A stretch of 64,000 nt of DNA. Origin: Candidatus Dadabacteria bacterium (GTDB taxonomy: Bacteria; Desulfobacterota_D; UBA1144; Nemesobacterales; CSP1-2). The stretch lies in contig CAWDVW010000002.1 in assembly GCA_963805855.1 (NCBI GenBank), positions 480,001-544,000 on the forward strand, given 5' to 3'. The notes under the pieces are model-generated. The model saw nothing but the letters and a program-made list of their open reading frames with translations. It was not told the origin of the DNA and did no database searches. The first letter of the stretch is position 1. Every line of letters begins with the position of its first letter. Made by a program: the position numbers and the translations under genes. Of this stretch, positions 63,919-64,000 are shown piece after piece.

Positions 63919-64000
63919 TGTCGCCTCCGATTCTCGCTAATTTGGGTTGATAGGATAAACAGTTTGTTTTAATAAAGCAAAGATTGGAAGTTTTAATGCG

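Overview
AT-rich bacterial chromosome from a diderm organism (TamAB, BamD, lipoproteins). Gene style suggests Desulfobacterota/Ca. Dadabacteria, but that is inference only. 1-33 kb is mostly core: two tandem Ogg2-type DNA glycosylases, LysM-rich MltD, tamAB, alaC-like aminotransferase, two rlpA, panBCD with a structured leader, a cytidylyltransferase/CDP-alcohol transferase/beta-hydroxylase operon, an NSS transporter with small subunit, two dksA paralogues, mtnA, prmA, bamD, obgE, a Nudix gene missed by the ORF track, ribBA-ribH-nusB-trpD-trpC, apbE, tRNA-Leu and tRNA-Cys. About 33.3-38.6 kb is a visibly GC-rich acquired block (glgP remnant, pgm, gnd, zwf) ending at a REP-associated tyrosine transposase. 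39.5-64 kb is accessory redox and stress genes, with several REP-like families and a cluster of frameshifted genes at 52-58 kb. Best leads: an Ogg2 paralogue lacking its catalytic lysine, the panB leader (pan-like hairpin, uORF and terminator), the putative lipid-modification operon, and an unannotated 57-aa hyper-acidic protein. No CRISPR array, rRNA or prophage was seen.
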